Shown here piece after piece: positions 29,151-44,963 of a stretch of DNA of 64,000 nt. The stretch spans positions 270,568,001 through 270,632,000 of the forward strand of contig OZ024742.1 of the NCBI GenBank assembly GCA_964016885.1, read 5' to 3'. The position numbers and the translations under genes were made by a program. The notes under the pieces were generated by a model. The model saw only the letters and a program-made list of their open reading frames with translations, had not been told where the DNA came from and made no database searches. Source of the DNA: Eledone cirrhosa. Taxonomy: Eukaryota. Within the stretch, counting starts at the first letter, position 1; the number at the start of each line of letters is the position of its first letter.

Positions 29151-30095
29151 GAGACTGGAATGTCTTCAGGCGCTCACAGCCCTCGGCCAATCGGGCAATG
29201 TGATCGGTGGAAACTCCACCTTGGCGTTCTATAGGGGATTAGTGGAGGGGAAGAGCGACGACGTACTTGGAGAAACTCTAGGCGTCGACGAAAATCAACT
29301 AGCCAATCTCTTCGGAAGGACTTTCGGGCCGGGGCCTATGGACAACTTCCAGAAATCCCTGGCCTGGCAGTGCTACCGAGGAGCTTTGCCAGTTCGGGAT
29401 AAACTCTACAGGCATGGAGGTGCCGTCAGCCGGGCATGTCCGAGATGCGCGCAAGGCGACGAAACCGTCCTGCACGCACTCGTCCAGTGTCCGAGCATTG
29501 CTGACTTGTGGGTTTATGTCGAACACCTGCTGTCACGTGTAGGACCTATCCAGCTATCAGCTGAGTCCATCGTGAGGATTGCCCCGCCCCCTTCCTTTAG
29601 CCTGGAAGGGCAGGCAGTTTTTATCTGTCTGGTGGCCATGGCGAAAGAGATAGTATGGTGGACACGTTTGAAAGGGCTGAAGACGAGCACTTACCTCTTC
29701 GGTGATGCCCTGATTAACTTTTTCAAATTTCATTTGAAAAGGAAAATCAGGGTAGAGAGGGAAGTGCTCTCTTCCCAGCATTTTGTTGAAAGATGGGTGA
29801 GAGAAGCAAGTATGGCCCGAATGAATGGGCCTTCTCTGAGTATGTGTCTGTAAATTAAAGGTGGAAAACTGGGAGAGGGCACTTGCCCTGGTGGTCAGGG
29901 CCACTGTGGTCTTTTAATGGGCTTTCTCCACAAATGTCCCTTGGAAGTTTCCCCCCTATTGGGGAATTTTTCTTTGTTATTTTATTTCAACCTCTGTTTT
30001 TTTACACGCAGAAATGCCCATTTGTACCGTCCTGTATTGTCCTGTACTGTCCTTAATGTCTACTTTATGTGAACCCTTGTGGTTAATAAAGAAAA

Positions 30096-30096
<1 letters not shown>
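29151..30096 (+). mobile_element. Tx1/L1-clade LINE 3' end (zf-RVT region plus 3' UTR)
   Basis: ORF 29149..29853: LAWQCYRGALPVRDKL...CPRC...ETVLHALVQCP...W; AATAAA then (ATT)n. Confidence 0.88.
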
Positions 30097-30137
<41 letters not shown>

Positions 30138-30138
<1 letters not shown>

Positions 30139-32342
30139 TGCATTTATCTTGCTTTATGTTTATACGAGTTATCACCAAGTCACAACCAGTGAACTCAAGA
30201 GACAACAAGGTCCGCCATGTTCAAGAAAGAACATACATATTAACACATGCATCCTTAGTGTTTAGACTTGTGATGTACTTATATTGACAGGATCTTCCTT
30301 AGTATATGGGCAGTTCCCATTAGTACTATCTTTTGTATTTCTCCTATACGCGGGTTTCCTGGGATTTGCGATAAGTAGTCGTTAGACCCCTTAGGTATCA
30401 TTCCCAGAGCGCCTACAACCACTGGTATTGTTTTAGTTCTCAATTTCCACATTTTTCCAATTTCTATCTCCAGGTCCTTATACTTGCTCAATTTTTCAAA
30501 TGTTTTTATAGATACATTCTTGTCTATTGGAACAGACATATCAATTAGCAGGCATACCCTCCTTTGAAAGTCCTTCAATATTATATCAGGTCTATTTGCA
30601 TCTATTTTTCGGTCTGTTTGGATGCTAAAGTTCCACAAGATTGAGATGTGAACTTTTTCAAGTATGGGAGGTGGTTGAAGCTCCCACCAATTCTTTTGAT
30701 GGGGCAGGTCAAAATGCTTACACATTATCCAATGTATGTATTGTGCAGCTCTGTCATGCCTGTTTAGGTATTCGGTTGGAGCTATAGGACTGCACATTGA
30801 AATTATATGGTCAATGGTTTTTTGCATACACGGCATAATGGGCTGCACCCATTTTTTATTATGTTGGCTTGGTAATTTTTTGTTGGCAGACACTGATCTT
30901 GTGCCGATATAATCAGTCCTTCAGTCTCCGATTTCAGTCCAGAGGATGCCAACCACTGATGGGTTAAAGTTTTGTCAACATGAGGATTGTTAGCTCGCTC
31001 TGGGTATTTTCCATACAGAGGCTTTTCTTGCCATTTCTTAGCCAGTTTCTGTAGCAGTTCTTTCTTTGCAGTTACTTTTACCTGCTTTGCTTTTTCTGTG
31101 TTTTCCATTTCAGCAGTAAATGGGACTTCTGAAATGTGTAGTCCATTACTGTATCTTTGTGCATCTTTTGTAATGGAATATGATCTTTTGGTGCTTTCGT
31201 GTTTCAAAACGAGTTTGATCATCCAATCATGTGATTCCCTTAGATATGTGAATAATCCAATTGTTGCAGTTTTCAACGCAATGTCTAACTGGATTAACCC
31301 ACGTCCTCCTTCTTTCCTAGGGAGATATATTCTATCTATGTCTGCCTTAGGGTGATGCATTCTGTGCATGGTTAAGAATTTTCGGATTTTTGTATCGAGC
31401 CTACGGATCTCTGTGCTTGACCAGTTGATGACATTGTAACTATAGGTTACTACTGGTATGGCAAGCGTGTTTATGGCATCGATCCTATTCCTTGCATTCA
31501 ATTCCGTTCTTAAGATTGCTCTGACTCTGCGGTAACATTCCTTCCTTATCCTTTCCCTCATTGTCGAGTGCTTGATTCCGTCTCCTTCACAAACACCTAG
31601 ATATTTGTAAGTTTTTTCTTGATCAAGCTCTCTTATCACGTTCCCCCGATCAAGATTAATGTCTGAACTCTTCAGCAGCTTTCCTCTGGTGAACGTTGCT
31701 TTGGCGCATTTATCCAGTCGAAACTCCATTTTAATGTCATCACTTAACTTCTTCACTGTGGATAATAGCCCTTGCAATTGTTCATCATTTTTTGCAAATA
31801 GTTTCAGGTCATCCATGTAGAACAGGTGATTAATGGTTTTGTCATAGACTCTATATCCATGTTTTGTTTCATTGAGCATTTTACTTAATGGTATAAGTGC
31901 GATGCAGAATAAAAGCTGTGATAAAGAGTCACCCTGAAAAATTCCACAATTAATGTTAACTTCTCCAGCTTCCAGTGATTTTGTTTCACTATTCAAAAGG
32001 AGTGTCGTTCTCCATGTCCTCATACTGAATGACAAAAACCTCCTGACAACGGGGGATATTTTGAAAATCTCTAAACATTTTTCAATCCAACTGTGTGGCA
32101 AACTATCGAATGCTTTTTTATAATCTATCCAAGCAATCGATAGATTTTTGTGTCTATTATGACAATCTTCCAGTATCATTTTGTTAACCAGAAGCTGATC
32201 CTTACAGCCATATGAGCCTCGTTTACACCCTTTCTGCTCAATGGGAAATAGGTCATTTGTTATCAGGTGGTCATATGTGTATTCAGTTAGGACTGATGTT
32301 AACATTTCATACATTGTGGTCAAGCAGGTTATCGGTCTGTAA

Positions 32343-32343
<1 letters not shown>
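30138..32343 (-). mobile_element. 5'-truncated Dong/R4 element C in a (TAA)n tract
   Basis: ORF 30803..32323 ([39 protein letters not shown]) plus frameshifted ORF 30279..30893 (RHD, RPDI, KLSKY, VVGALG); (TAA)n on both sides. Confidence 0.94.
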
Positions 32344-32397
<54 letters not shown>

Positions 32398-32409
32398 GTT
32401 ATTGTTATT

Positions 32410-32550
32410 CCTTGAATCTCAGTCATTGATGTTGGTTAACTGGAAAGTCCGTTGGATTGAATATCAAGCCACTACCTGCAGCCTCAGATATTCAGGACGT
32501 ATCGGAGGGTTCTTGCTGTTCCAAGCAAGCATGCCTTTTGAAGCGTTCCA
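32410..32550 (-). mobile_element. Extreme 3' fragment of another Dong/R4 element
   Basis: Minus strand reads GTLQKACLLGTARTLRYVLNI-stop, homologous to QKIVLMGTAHILRKILSI of element C; flanked by TAA-type repeats. Confidence 0.8.
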
Positions 32551-32560
32551 AATTATTATT

Positions 32561-32592
<32 letters not shown>

Positions 32593-32594
32593 AT

Positions 32595-33332
32595 ACATGC
32601 TACACACGACGAGAAGAATTAAAAATCACTCTTATGAGCAGAAACTAGCCACCATCCTAATCAACAATCGATTCCCTAAAATTAGACATCCAGGAACTCA
32701 AACACCCCAAACCATACATCTCTACACACAACCCCCTCAACGATGAGGCATTCGACACCATTCTCCAGAACATTCCTTTACTAAAAAGAGACCCAAGAAT
32801 AAACAAAATCCTGCAAACACACAACATCATAAAGAGCAAAAGACAACCTAAATCCATAAAAAACATCCTCACACCTGCCAAAATCCAACAAAACTTCGCA
32901 ATGAACCCTACAGTAACAACATATGGAAGGCCCAACTGTGGCATATGCATAAATCTAATAGACGGTTCAACATTCCATTTTAAACAAGGACAACTTTTCA
33001 CAGTTGAACACAACTTTACATGTGCATCTGAAAACCTAATCTATGCTTTGACCTGCTCAGGTTGTCAACAGTACTACATAGGACAGACAAAAAACAGCCT
33101 CCGTCAACGTATGACCGTCCATAAATCACAAATTAAAATACAGGAATACAGAAAGATTGCATTTAGTGAACATATCGCCAATTATGCTCACAACCAACAT
33201 CCGAACTTTAAAATTTTCCCAATTAACAAATTCATAGAAAACGCTAATTTCATCAAACGTACCAATAAGGAAACATATTTCATTAACAAATTCCAACCTC
33301 TACTTAATGCTCTAAAAATCGAACCAATCTAA
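32595..33332 (+). pseudogene. Neptune-type PLE C-terminus (linker plus GIY-YIG endonuclease)
   Basis: RQPKSIKNIL, GRPNCGIC, FTCASENLIYALTCSGCQQYYIGQTKNSLRQRMTVH, EH, KETYFINKFQPLLN. Confidence 0.85.
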
Positions 33333-33479
33333 AACTGCAACAAACAATCACAAACATTTAGAAGAGTTACCTCCCTCACACCTACCTAATCCTTTTTCTT
33401 ACGCACCCAAACTACCACCCAACCACAAAACTACCACCCAAACTACCCCCCAAACTACCACCCAACCACAAAAACCTCA

Positions 33480-35171
33480 CTAAACATCGCAGAACACGAA
33501 GTAGACCTGTCACAATGTACAACGCCCCGTATTCTATACACGACGCCACCAATATACCGAGAACCTCCTTTTCGGCTCTCGAACAATCTTTTTCCACGCA
33601 CATATAAATACCACAAGCTCTTCAATAGACACACAGCAACATTCTCTTTCTCCACAGCACCAAATCTAGGCCACACAATAGCACACACTAATAGGACAAA
33701 AGTACGAAAACACATGGTTGCCCCACAATAAACCACCACCGCAACCCAGAACGAAACCACAGACACAACACAACACAACAACCAACATACCAGATACGCA
33801 CCGCATGCCACCAACCGCCAACGTGCCACCACACCAGTTCGACCCAACTGCAACTGCAAAAAACCGGCCGAATGCCCACTAAACAGGGAGTTCTTCGTTA
33901 AAAACATTGTTTACCGCTGTGATGTCACATCCGGCAATAAAGAGTACGCATATATAGGTGCGACATCCACTACGTTTAAGGAGCGCTGGTATAACCATAG
34001 AAGCTCCTTTAAACATAGGCTGAAACGATCCCAAACCAGACTGGCCGATTTGATCTGGGACTTCAAGGACAGGAACATCGAAGACCAGATCTTGTGGTCA
34101 GTGAAAAGACGCGTGGCACAACTCCCCAGTGACAGAAACCACTGCAGGTTATGCCTGGCTGAGGCGTCAGAAATAATTATATTAAAATCTGCCATAAACT
34201 ATAGGTCGGACATAATTGTCAATTGCAGATCCACCAGGCTGAACAGATTTTCCGCACAAACATTCGGGGGAGGGCCGCACACAGCATGATAATAACCACC
34301 TCTGCCCCGTCTCACCATCGCCCATCTCAGTGAATTTATTTTATTGGATTTGCATGTAACCATTTGTAAGCCCGTATTTTGTATATCATGCCGCATACAT
34401 CACCCCCACCAAAAATCACATCGCCATACACCCCTCATCCTTGCAACATTGTGTTCTATCTGTCCTCTCTGCCAGGTTTTAACTTGCAAACCATAGTAAC
34501 ATCTGATCCTGTAAATATAATGCCGATCATATCACACCATCGCCACCACCACCACCACCACCACCACCACAGCACACATCGTCCTATGTCTACCATCCAC
34601 ACCCGCAACCTCATTCCTCCATGTTCCCTCTGTCTATCCTAACCTACAACCCCACGCTAAATTCGACCCTGTAAATGTACTGTCGCACACACTACCACCG
34701 CCACCACTAGATACATTCACATACTTCAACAATTATTAACATCATTCACATCATCAACACATATCATGCCTCACTCCCCGATCGACTGTGTTATACCCGC
34801 CCTCCGTCTGCCTTACCCTGTAACCCACCGTAACACCTGATCATGTAATCATTTTGTTGAACATATCACCCCAGCACCACCGCCACCACTATGACCACAA
34901 CACACAATGTAATACGTCCATACATTCTTTTCCCCCGCATTCCCTATGTCACCTTTTAAACTGTAACCCATCGTAATATTCGATCCTGTATATTTTTGTC
35001 GCTCACAACTCCACCACCACCGCCACAAGACACAACTCCATACCCCAACATCCATTAACTTCATCAACACCGCCAACACATACCTTCCCTCTCGAACCAA
35101 CGCAAGTGTGTTTGTCTGTGTGTAAGCATTTTTTATATATATATGTGCGTATACATGTATTTATATGTATG

Positions 35172-35212
<41 letters not shown>

Positions 35213-35520
35213 GGGAGTGTATGTATGTGTGTGTATGTGTATGTTTATGTATGCGTGTGTATACCTGTATGCGTGCATATCCGTATGTGTGTATGTCTGT
35301 ATGTATGTGTATGTATATATTGGCTCTCACCTTCCCTCTATATTTGTTCTACGCCACCCCCACCGATACTCCCCCACTCTCTGTATGTATCCACACGCGC
35401 GCATGCACACACATGTGTGTATATATGCATATAGATATATGTATGTGTGGATCTATGTGGGCGCGTGTATGTGTGTATATATGGGTGTGTACGTATGTAT
35501 ATATAGCAGTATATATTCGC

Positions 35521-35577
<57 letters not shown>

Positions 35578-36190
35578 ACGTATTTTTCAGACTGTCTTTC
35601 AGAGTCTTTCAGAGTGTCTAGGTATGTATCTCCCCATGGACTCGACACCTCCGGCACACCCACCACACCACCACAAACGCCACTACCATAAACAACAACA
35701 CCACAACCACACCCCACACACGCCAACCCGTCTACCGACAACCCACTACCCCCACACCACAGCCCATCCCAGTCAGTGACCGTCACCAGAATCTTATCAT
35801 CACATCCACCCCCACATACACTACAGGCCAAAGCCAATCCGCCACAACCACACCACAGACCATTGCAGCCAGCGACCGTCACCAACATCTTATCATCACA
35901 TCCACCCCACATACACTACAGGCCAGTACATCCCTTTGATCCTTCCCACCAATCAAAACAACTCATATTGTCAAACTCTTGAAATTCTGTCTTTACCACA
36001 TAACAAGTATTTCATTTTCTTAGATCATTTTAAAGGGTCCTTCGAGCTGCCGATCATTAAGTCGGTTAGGATCAATAGAGATGGAACCTCCACCTGATCA
36101 GTGGCGAAACCCGCGCCACCTACCAATAAATGTAATGAAGGAGTATCCAATCGTCCTTGTTATCCTTTCAATATATTACACTCTGTATAA
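33480..36190 (+). mobile_element. Hydra-type PLE 3' portion (endonuclease to 34289, then long repetitive 3' UTR/pLTR)
   Basis: YNAPYS, KLFNRH, CNCKKPAECPL, IVY...YIGATSTTFKERWYNH, CRLCLAE; AATAAA at ~36125. The 3' extent is inferred. Confidence 0.78.
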
Positions 36191-36271
36191 CTCTACATTT
36201 CATCACAAAAGTGAACCTAAACATCGAGTACTCTCCCGGGTGAACCTGCCGTAACTCCAAGTTACACCCTT

Positions 36272-36333
<62 letters not shown>

Positions 36334-36372
36334 ATATATATATGAATACAAATTTACTCACACACATATTTA

Positions 36373-37623
36373 CAGGTACTTGCACATAAATTGTGACAAA
36401 TTGATGCAGTTGACTTGACTTACTGGGTTTAACATATCATTTTTTCACAAAACCATCATTCCTTGAAAATCTCACCCTACTCTTTATTTTTCAGGAAAAT
36501 AGCGAACTGATTAGACAACAGAAAGTAATTGAAAATCAGAATCGTTCCGCCATTGTTGGTTGGGTGCGCGCCGGGCACACTGTCAATAAAATTGTTATGG
36601 TGATGAAACTTCCAAAAGCAACAGTTTGTCGTGTGTATAAACAATTTAAATAACAGGTAAAGATTGATACGAACGAGCACAAGACTGGAAGGATTCCAAG
36701 CGCAATCCTAATTTTCTCCCTGGTTTCAAACTTTCGATTGAAGCCAACCCATCCACATTCATAACATCTCTTGCAAAGCGTCTCTTTCCACGATATCCAG
36801 AGCTGTGAACAGGAACCTTGGCATGACTAGCTATGTGCAAAGCCACCGTCACCCGTAACAGCCTTGCAAATCCAATCAGAAGCGAGAGAGGCCCAAAGCT
36901 TCTGCCATTCACCAAGCATCAAGATACAGAAAAAAAGCTCTCGTTTTAGTGGACGAGAAGAAGTTCACTGTGAACGATATGTTGAATCGCAGAAATCCTT
37001 CCGTGATTGCATATAATCCTTCTGACGTGCTTGAGACTAAACGTTATGTCTCTGTGATGGTACCGTGGCTAGTGCTGAAGTGTCATGGGTCTACAGCTCA
37101 TTGAATCTGGCTTGAATATCGGCTCAAAGGAGTGTCTGGACTTTCTGAAGAAGTTTCTGTTACGTTGGATCTAGCAGAAGTTTCGGAATGATAATGTAAT
37201 GCTTATCCATGTTTCTGCACCACGCCAAGGGTCAAAAGCAACATAGGCCTTGGTGAGAAGGTATAATATTTTCTGAGGGCCAACGTCTGGCCCAGTAATA
37301 GCCCAGATTTCAACCTTCTTGGTTACTTTTTATGGAACGTGCTTCAAGGAAGGACCAATACTTCACCAAACTTGATTGTCAACAGTTTGAGGACCTGTAA
37401 TGTGCCTGCGACACGAAAAACAAATAAACCGGAAGTTGCGGCAGCTGCATAAAAAAAAAAATTCGTTCTCATGTGGAGGCAGTAATTGCCCAAAAGAGCG
37501 GCCATATAGAGTGGTTTATATATTCGTGTAATAAATGTTATATTAAAATGATATTATTATTATTTTTGTATGTATAACTAGATCCGTGCATCGTAAAATG
37601 TTCTCAATTTCTCTGCAAGACCG
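36373..37623 (+). mobile_element. Decayed Tc1/mariner-superfamily transposon, DD37D (maT)-like
   Basis: DEKKFTV...NRRN and WPSNSPDFNLLGYFLW motifs; diverged TIRs caggtacttgcacataaattg / caatttctctgcaagaccg, each flanked by TA. Confidence 0.8.
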
Positions 37624-37821
37624 TAATGCATGATTGTTTTTTTCGTAGCTTTGGATTCATGTGGCTGGGTTCACCGGTCGTAATTTTCGATTTGTCAAGC
37701 TATCTCACATATGTCATTACTCTAAGGTGACACAACATTATTGAGTGTTTCGCTGCACATTCCTAATTGTATATCATTAGTTTGGCCACTGCCAAAACTT
37801 CGATTTTACTAAACTTCCATT

Positions 37822-37854
<33 letters not shown>

Positions 37855-37858
<4 letters not shown>

Positions 37859-38580
37859 GTGGTTACACAACAGTTAGTTCAACATACCGAGAATAATTGT
37901 TTCGCCTTAGCGGATCGTCAGCTCGTAATGGGCATGGTTATACGGCACAGGAAGGACAGCCGTACAAACGCGCATGCGCAGAAACCCGTCACTTCACTCA
38001 GGCAATACTAAAATGCGTGAGAAGTGTAAGAGAGATAACTGCGATATCAGTCGACCTTTAGGTACCCGGACAGACGTTCATCCACGAAGCACGCTAGCCA
38101 CGTAAGTTCCCTCAAGGACTCAAGTATAGACTACTCCATTCAGTGGAAAGTCATCACTAAGCCCAAGCCATACGCAAGGGGAAATCCGTCGTGTGGACTG
38201 TGTATTGACGAACGAATACATATTCTAAAGAGATTTTGCAATAGTGATTGCCTAAATCAAGAGAAATGAATTTTCCACACGTTGTCCACACGTTTCGAAA
38301 CACATATTGCATAACTACAAAGCTCCGGATTGAATGAATAATTGTAACAACATCAATATTTTTTCTTATCAACTAAAAACTTTTCAGACTTTCGCAGTCA
38401 TCGCCCTTACACATCTCGCACGCATTTTAGTATTGCCTGTGTGAAGTGATGGGTTTCTGCACTTGCGCGTTCGTACGGTTGTCCTTCATGTTCCGCATAA
38501 CCATGCCCATTACGAGCTGAGGATCCACTAAGGTGAAACAATTGTCCCCTGTATGGTGAACTAACTGTTGTGCACTTCTA
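37855..38580. mobile_element. Fold-back element, ~190-bp arms (37855-38044 / 38391-38580), hammerhead in each arm
   Basis: Left (minus, 37888-37925): cgag-CUGACGA-uccgcuaaggc-GAAA-CAAUUA-UU-cucg. Right (plus, 38513-38550): cgag-CUGAGGA-uccacuaaggu-GAAA-CAAUUG-UC. Confidence 0.86.
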
Positions 38581-38640
38581 CCTAACTCGTCCCATGGACT
38601 GAGTGCTCGACCACTACGGATATTACCTTCCAGTGAACTA

Positions 38641-38697
<57 letters not shown>

Positions 38698-39552
38698 GTA
38701 GTATATGTATGTATGTATGTATGTATGTATATATGTATGTATGTATATTTTTCCTATTTACAAACTAAGATATAGGTAACCCCAGGCATACTTATGTAGA
38801 AGGAGACATTTTTCTTCTGTTTTCTTCATTAGTTACACACTCTAATTACACTTAGGGGGACCATTGCTTATCTACGCTATTATATTGTGTTTCCATTCTT
38901 CCTTAGCTTAACCTACGTATTTTCACTCCCGTCAAATATGCATAGCACCGGCGGAACACATAGCCAGCGTTTTTTGCTGTTTTTTTTTTCTTAGGGGGGC
39001 AGGATATAATTATGGAACGTAATATTGATAAATTAGTTTGAAGTGCTGGTATAGTGTATTAGAGTAACTAATAATTACATTTTCATTGATAATTTAGTAT
39101 TAAATTATATTTGCTTTGCTCTTTAAACAATGCTTATTATAGTTACTTACCCCCTTTAGAGATAGCTGTAAAGATTTATCTCTTAAAGCATGACCGGCCT
39201 GCTTATCACAGGTCAGATTGAGATCTTACTCCCTCCCCATTCTTCTACAGGCACGTTCAGCCAATCCCACACCCACCTGCCACTATGAAGTCATTTACCT
39301 ATGTATACTAAACTTTGACCACTCTCCGCGACAGAAAAGAATAAACAACAATTTTTAGAATTGTTTGATACGACACTCACATTACATGCCCATATATGGA
39401 ATGTACCCCTTGATACGTCCAGCTAGATTACTGCCGTCCTAATACTACTGGGATAGCTCAGATCTAGCTGTCGAAACAGCCGGTGTTCAGCTGTGGGGGT
39501 GCTGAGTTTTTTCCTGTTATCCACTCTACTACGCTAAGTAACGAGTAATCTG

Positions 39553-40660
<1,108 letters not shown>

Positions 40661-40696
40661 AAAGATTTGAATGGATACAGTTTAGTTGAAAGGAAT

Positions 40697-40813
40697 TTAT
40701 TGACACGTGTTTCTAAAACAGTTACATAACCTAAAACAGCTATCTACAAACTTTTAGTTATGCAGACATTCAATATTTCAATGTTATTATTTACTGTCAT
40801 TTCATCAGAATAA
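40697..40813 (-). ncRNA. Type I hammerhead ribozyme with intact core and large branched stem II
   Basis: Minus strand: uuauu-CUGAUGA-(88 nt closed by gacagu/acuguu)-GAAA-CACGUG-UC-aauaa. GUC cleavage triplet; palindromic ACACGUGU; AAUAAA overlaps stem I. Confidence 0.8.
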
Positions 40814-41403
40814 TATTACTGAGGACCTATTTAGTTTTTATAGAGAATATTAGGAGGAAGGGGTGAAGTTGTTAGAAGAATAGTTGAAGGAGTGGTTTTT
40901 CGATAGCAGTGAGAATTCTTGGTGGCAGTGATTAATTAGATTCCCATCTGTTGTTTTGACATTTTTATAGAATATATTATTGGTTATTTTTCTAAATCTA
41001 TAGAAGGATTAGAGATAGTAAAGATATGCGTGGTTGGTTTTGTGTTTGCACTTAACATTCAGACTTAAATTTTTCTTTCAAGTGTACGTATTCTTTCACC
41101 CACGCATTCACACACAAATATATTTGCACACCTCTACAAAAATACATATACTCACAATTCACATATTCATACTTACATATATATACACATGCATACACAT
41201 ATATATACACACATGTATTCATGTACATACATACGCGCTCATGTGTATACATTTTCATACTCAACTTATCTTTATATATACACACGTATAGACACACACA
41301 TATATACATACATACTCTAGTCCATGTGTACACACATACACATACATACACATCCATATACACATACATACATACACACATATATATACATATATACATA
41401 TAC

Positions 41404-41434
<31 letters not shown>

Positions 41435-41457
41435 CACATACATATATACACACATAT

Positions 41458-41497
<40 letters not shown>

Positions 41498-41984
41498 GCA
41501 CTTTAATACATGAATACACTTACATCTAACTATACACATCAAACATATATATATATTTACTTATTTATATACATTTTCACATATATATACACATACTTAT
41601 GGACGTTTTTAGACACATTCATTATCGCATATTTGTACCTATTCTCATCAGCATATCTTTTCATTATTAGTATGGTAATTTAAGGTTATTAATATATGTT
41701 GAAAAGAGATTGTTTTTATATTTTTCTAACTAGATTAAGGTTTATATAGTTGGGGGATGTCCCTCTTTTATGTAATATTCGGCTTGTAGTGGGAAAAAAG
41801 GGTTTTAGTTCTGTGACGGCAGAATAATGTTCGTTCAATTCTGTTATTCAGCAGTTTCTTCTTGTGTGTGATTATGTAATAAATCTCAAGATTTTGGAAC
41901 TACAACTGGAACCGTCGAGCAAACTCTACGTGAGCTGATAATCTACTGTGTGTAATATTTATATTACAACACAACGGAAAATAC

Positions 41985-43510
<1,526 letters not shown>

Positions 43511-44279
43511 TATGGATATTTTACGTCTCGATGTTGGAGCTAAGTATATGTTTTGTTTATACCTTTACTTATTTGCATAGGTACGTATATATTATCCGTT
43601 AGTTTTGTGAAGGTACGTATACCTTCTCGTACGTATATTTGATTGTTATGGCGTATAATTTGTTCGTATATTCTGGTACATATCGTTCGACTATGTGTAT
43701 AGGGGAGTTTTGCGTCTGTGTGAGTATGCAGGTTCGTACGTATGTAGGGCGTGTGTATATGTGTACTTCATGTTTAGGTTGACTTACGTCTCCGAACATT
43801 CGTGTATTTACATGCAGGTATGTGTGTGCGCCTGTTATATACGTATTTATTTATTTATATACGTTTATATAATTATTTATTTATTTGTATACACGCTTAC
43901 ACACACACACACACACATATTTATATGTGCGTGGTTTTGTTTACCTATTGGTAAGTTTTTGCGTATGCTTGTGTTTGTACGTTTCTCTTTGCGTGTATGT
44001 ATTTATTTATTTCTATTACTTCTGTAATGTATTTATTTACTTTGTTCTTATCTCCGTAGCGGAGATTCATTCGGTCTCCTAGTTAGAATTTAGTCTAAGA
44101 CTTCTGCTATACCATTTACTTGGTTTTGTCTTTGCGTGCTAGTGTTCTACACGCTGCACATATGAAGTATTATCTTCGTTTTTTTCATTCATCGCCAGAG
44201 AACGTCTCTATGCACCACCTAAGAGAACATTAGTCAACGACCTCTATTATACTATAAACGTGGTTCTGTCTTTGCGCGT

Positions 44280-44504
44280 ATTGTTTTTCACCGCTCCTAT
44301 TAATGACGTATTATATTCGTTTTTTCCCGTTCTTAGCCAGCGATCGATCCCACGAACCAAAGTATTGTCTTCCTGTCTTCCTCCGGTTGCAACGTTTTTT
44401 GAAATATCCAGTTCTGCGTTTACAGATTGACTTTGTTAGTTTCAGAAGATCCCGCTAAGGGTGAAAGCAGCGATTCTTTGCTTAAACTTTGATCTGTTAT
44501 TTTA

Positions 44505-44510
<6 letters not shown>
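44280..44510 (+). mobile_element. ~230-bp dispersed repeat ending in HHR-like motif, AATAAA and (TA)n (second copy 56101-56326)
   Basis: attgtttttcaccgctcctattaatgacg...cagaagatcccgctaagggtgaaagcag...aataaa is present at both loci. Confidence 0.82.
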
Positions 44511-44542
<32 letters not shown>

Positions 44543-44549
<7 letters not shown>

Positions 44550-44610
44550 CGTGGTTTGCAACTGGTCACTATGTGGCTCAATGAAAGATTAATAAATTAA
44601 ACAATCAGAG

Positions 44611-44659
<49 letters not shown>

Positions 44660-44739
44660 TATGATATATAGCTCTGATTGTTTAATTTATTAATTTTTCA
44701 TTGAGCCACATAGTGACCAGTTGCAAAACACGTATATGT
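44543..44739. repeat. Tail-to-tail inverted repeat around (TA)n (arms 44543-44612 / 44670-44739)
   Basis: tttgcaactggtcactatgtggctcaatgaaa.attaataaattaaacaatcagagct and its reverse complement. Confidence 0.9.
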
Positions 44740-44963
44740 ATATGTATGTATATATGTAAACTTTTATATGTAATAATCTCCCACTAGGTTGAGATACACA
44801 TTTGGCTGTATTGTGCTGTGTTTTCTAGCAAAAATGCCACCAGTCGTAACCAACTACCACACCACTTCCAACTTGACCGCGACTATATCACGATTTTTAG
44901 CCATTTTGAAATGAATTCTTGGCGTGATCGCTTTGGAAAATTTAGTGTCTAGATATAAGCGAG

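Noticed and set aside
39405-39490. HHR-like stem cagctagat/atctagctg followed by GAAA
   Set aside because: No convincing 5' core or stem I.
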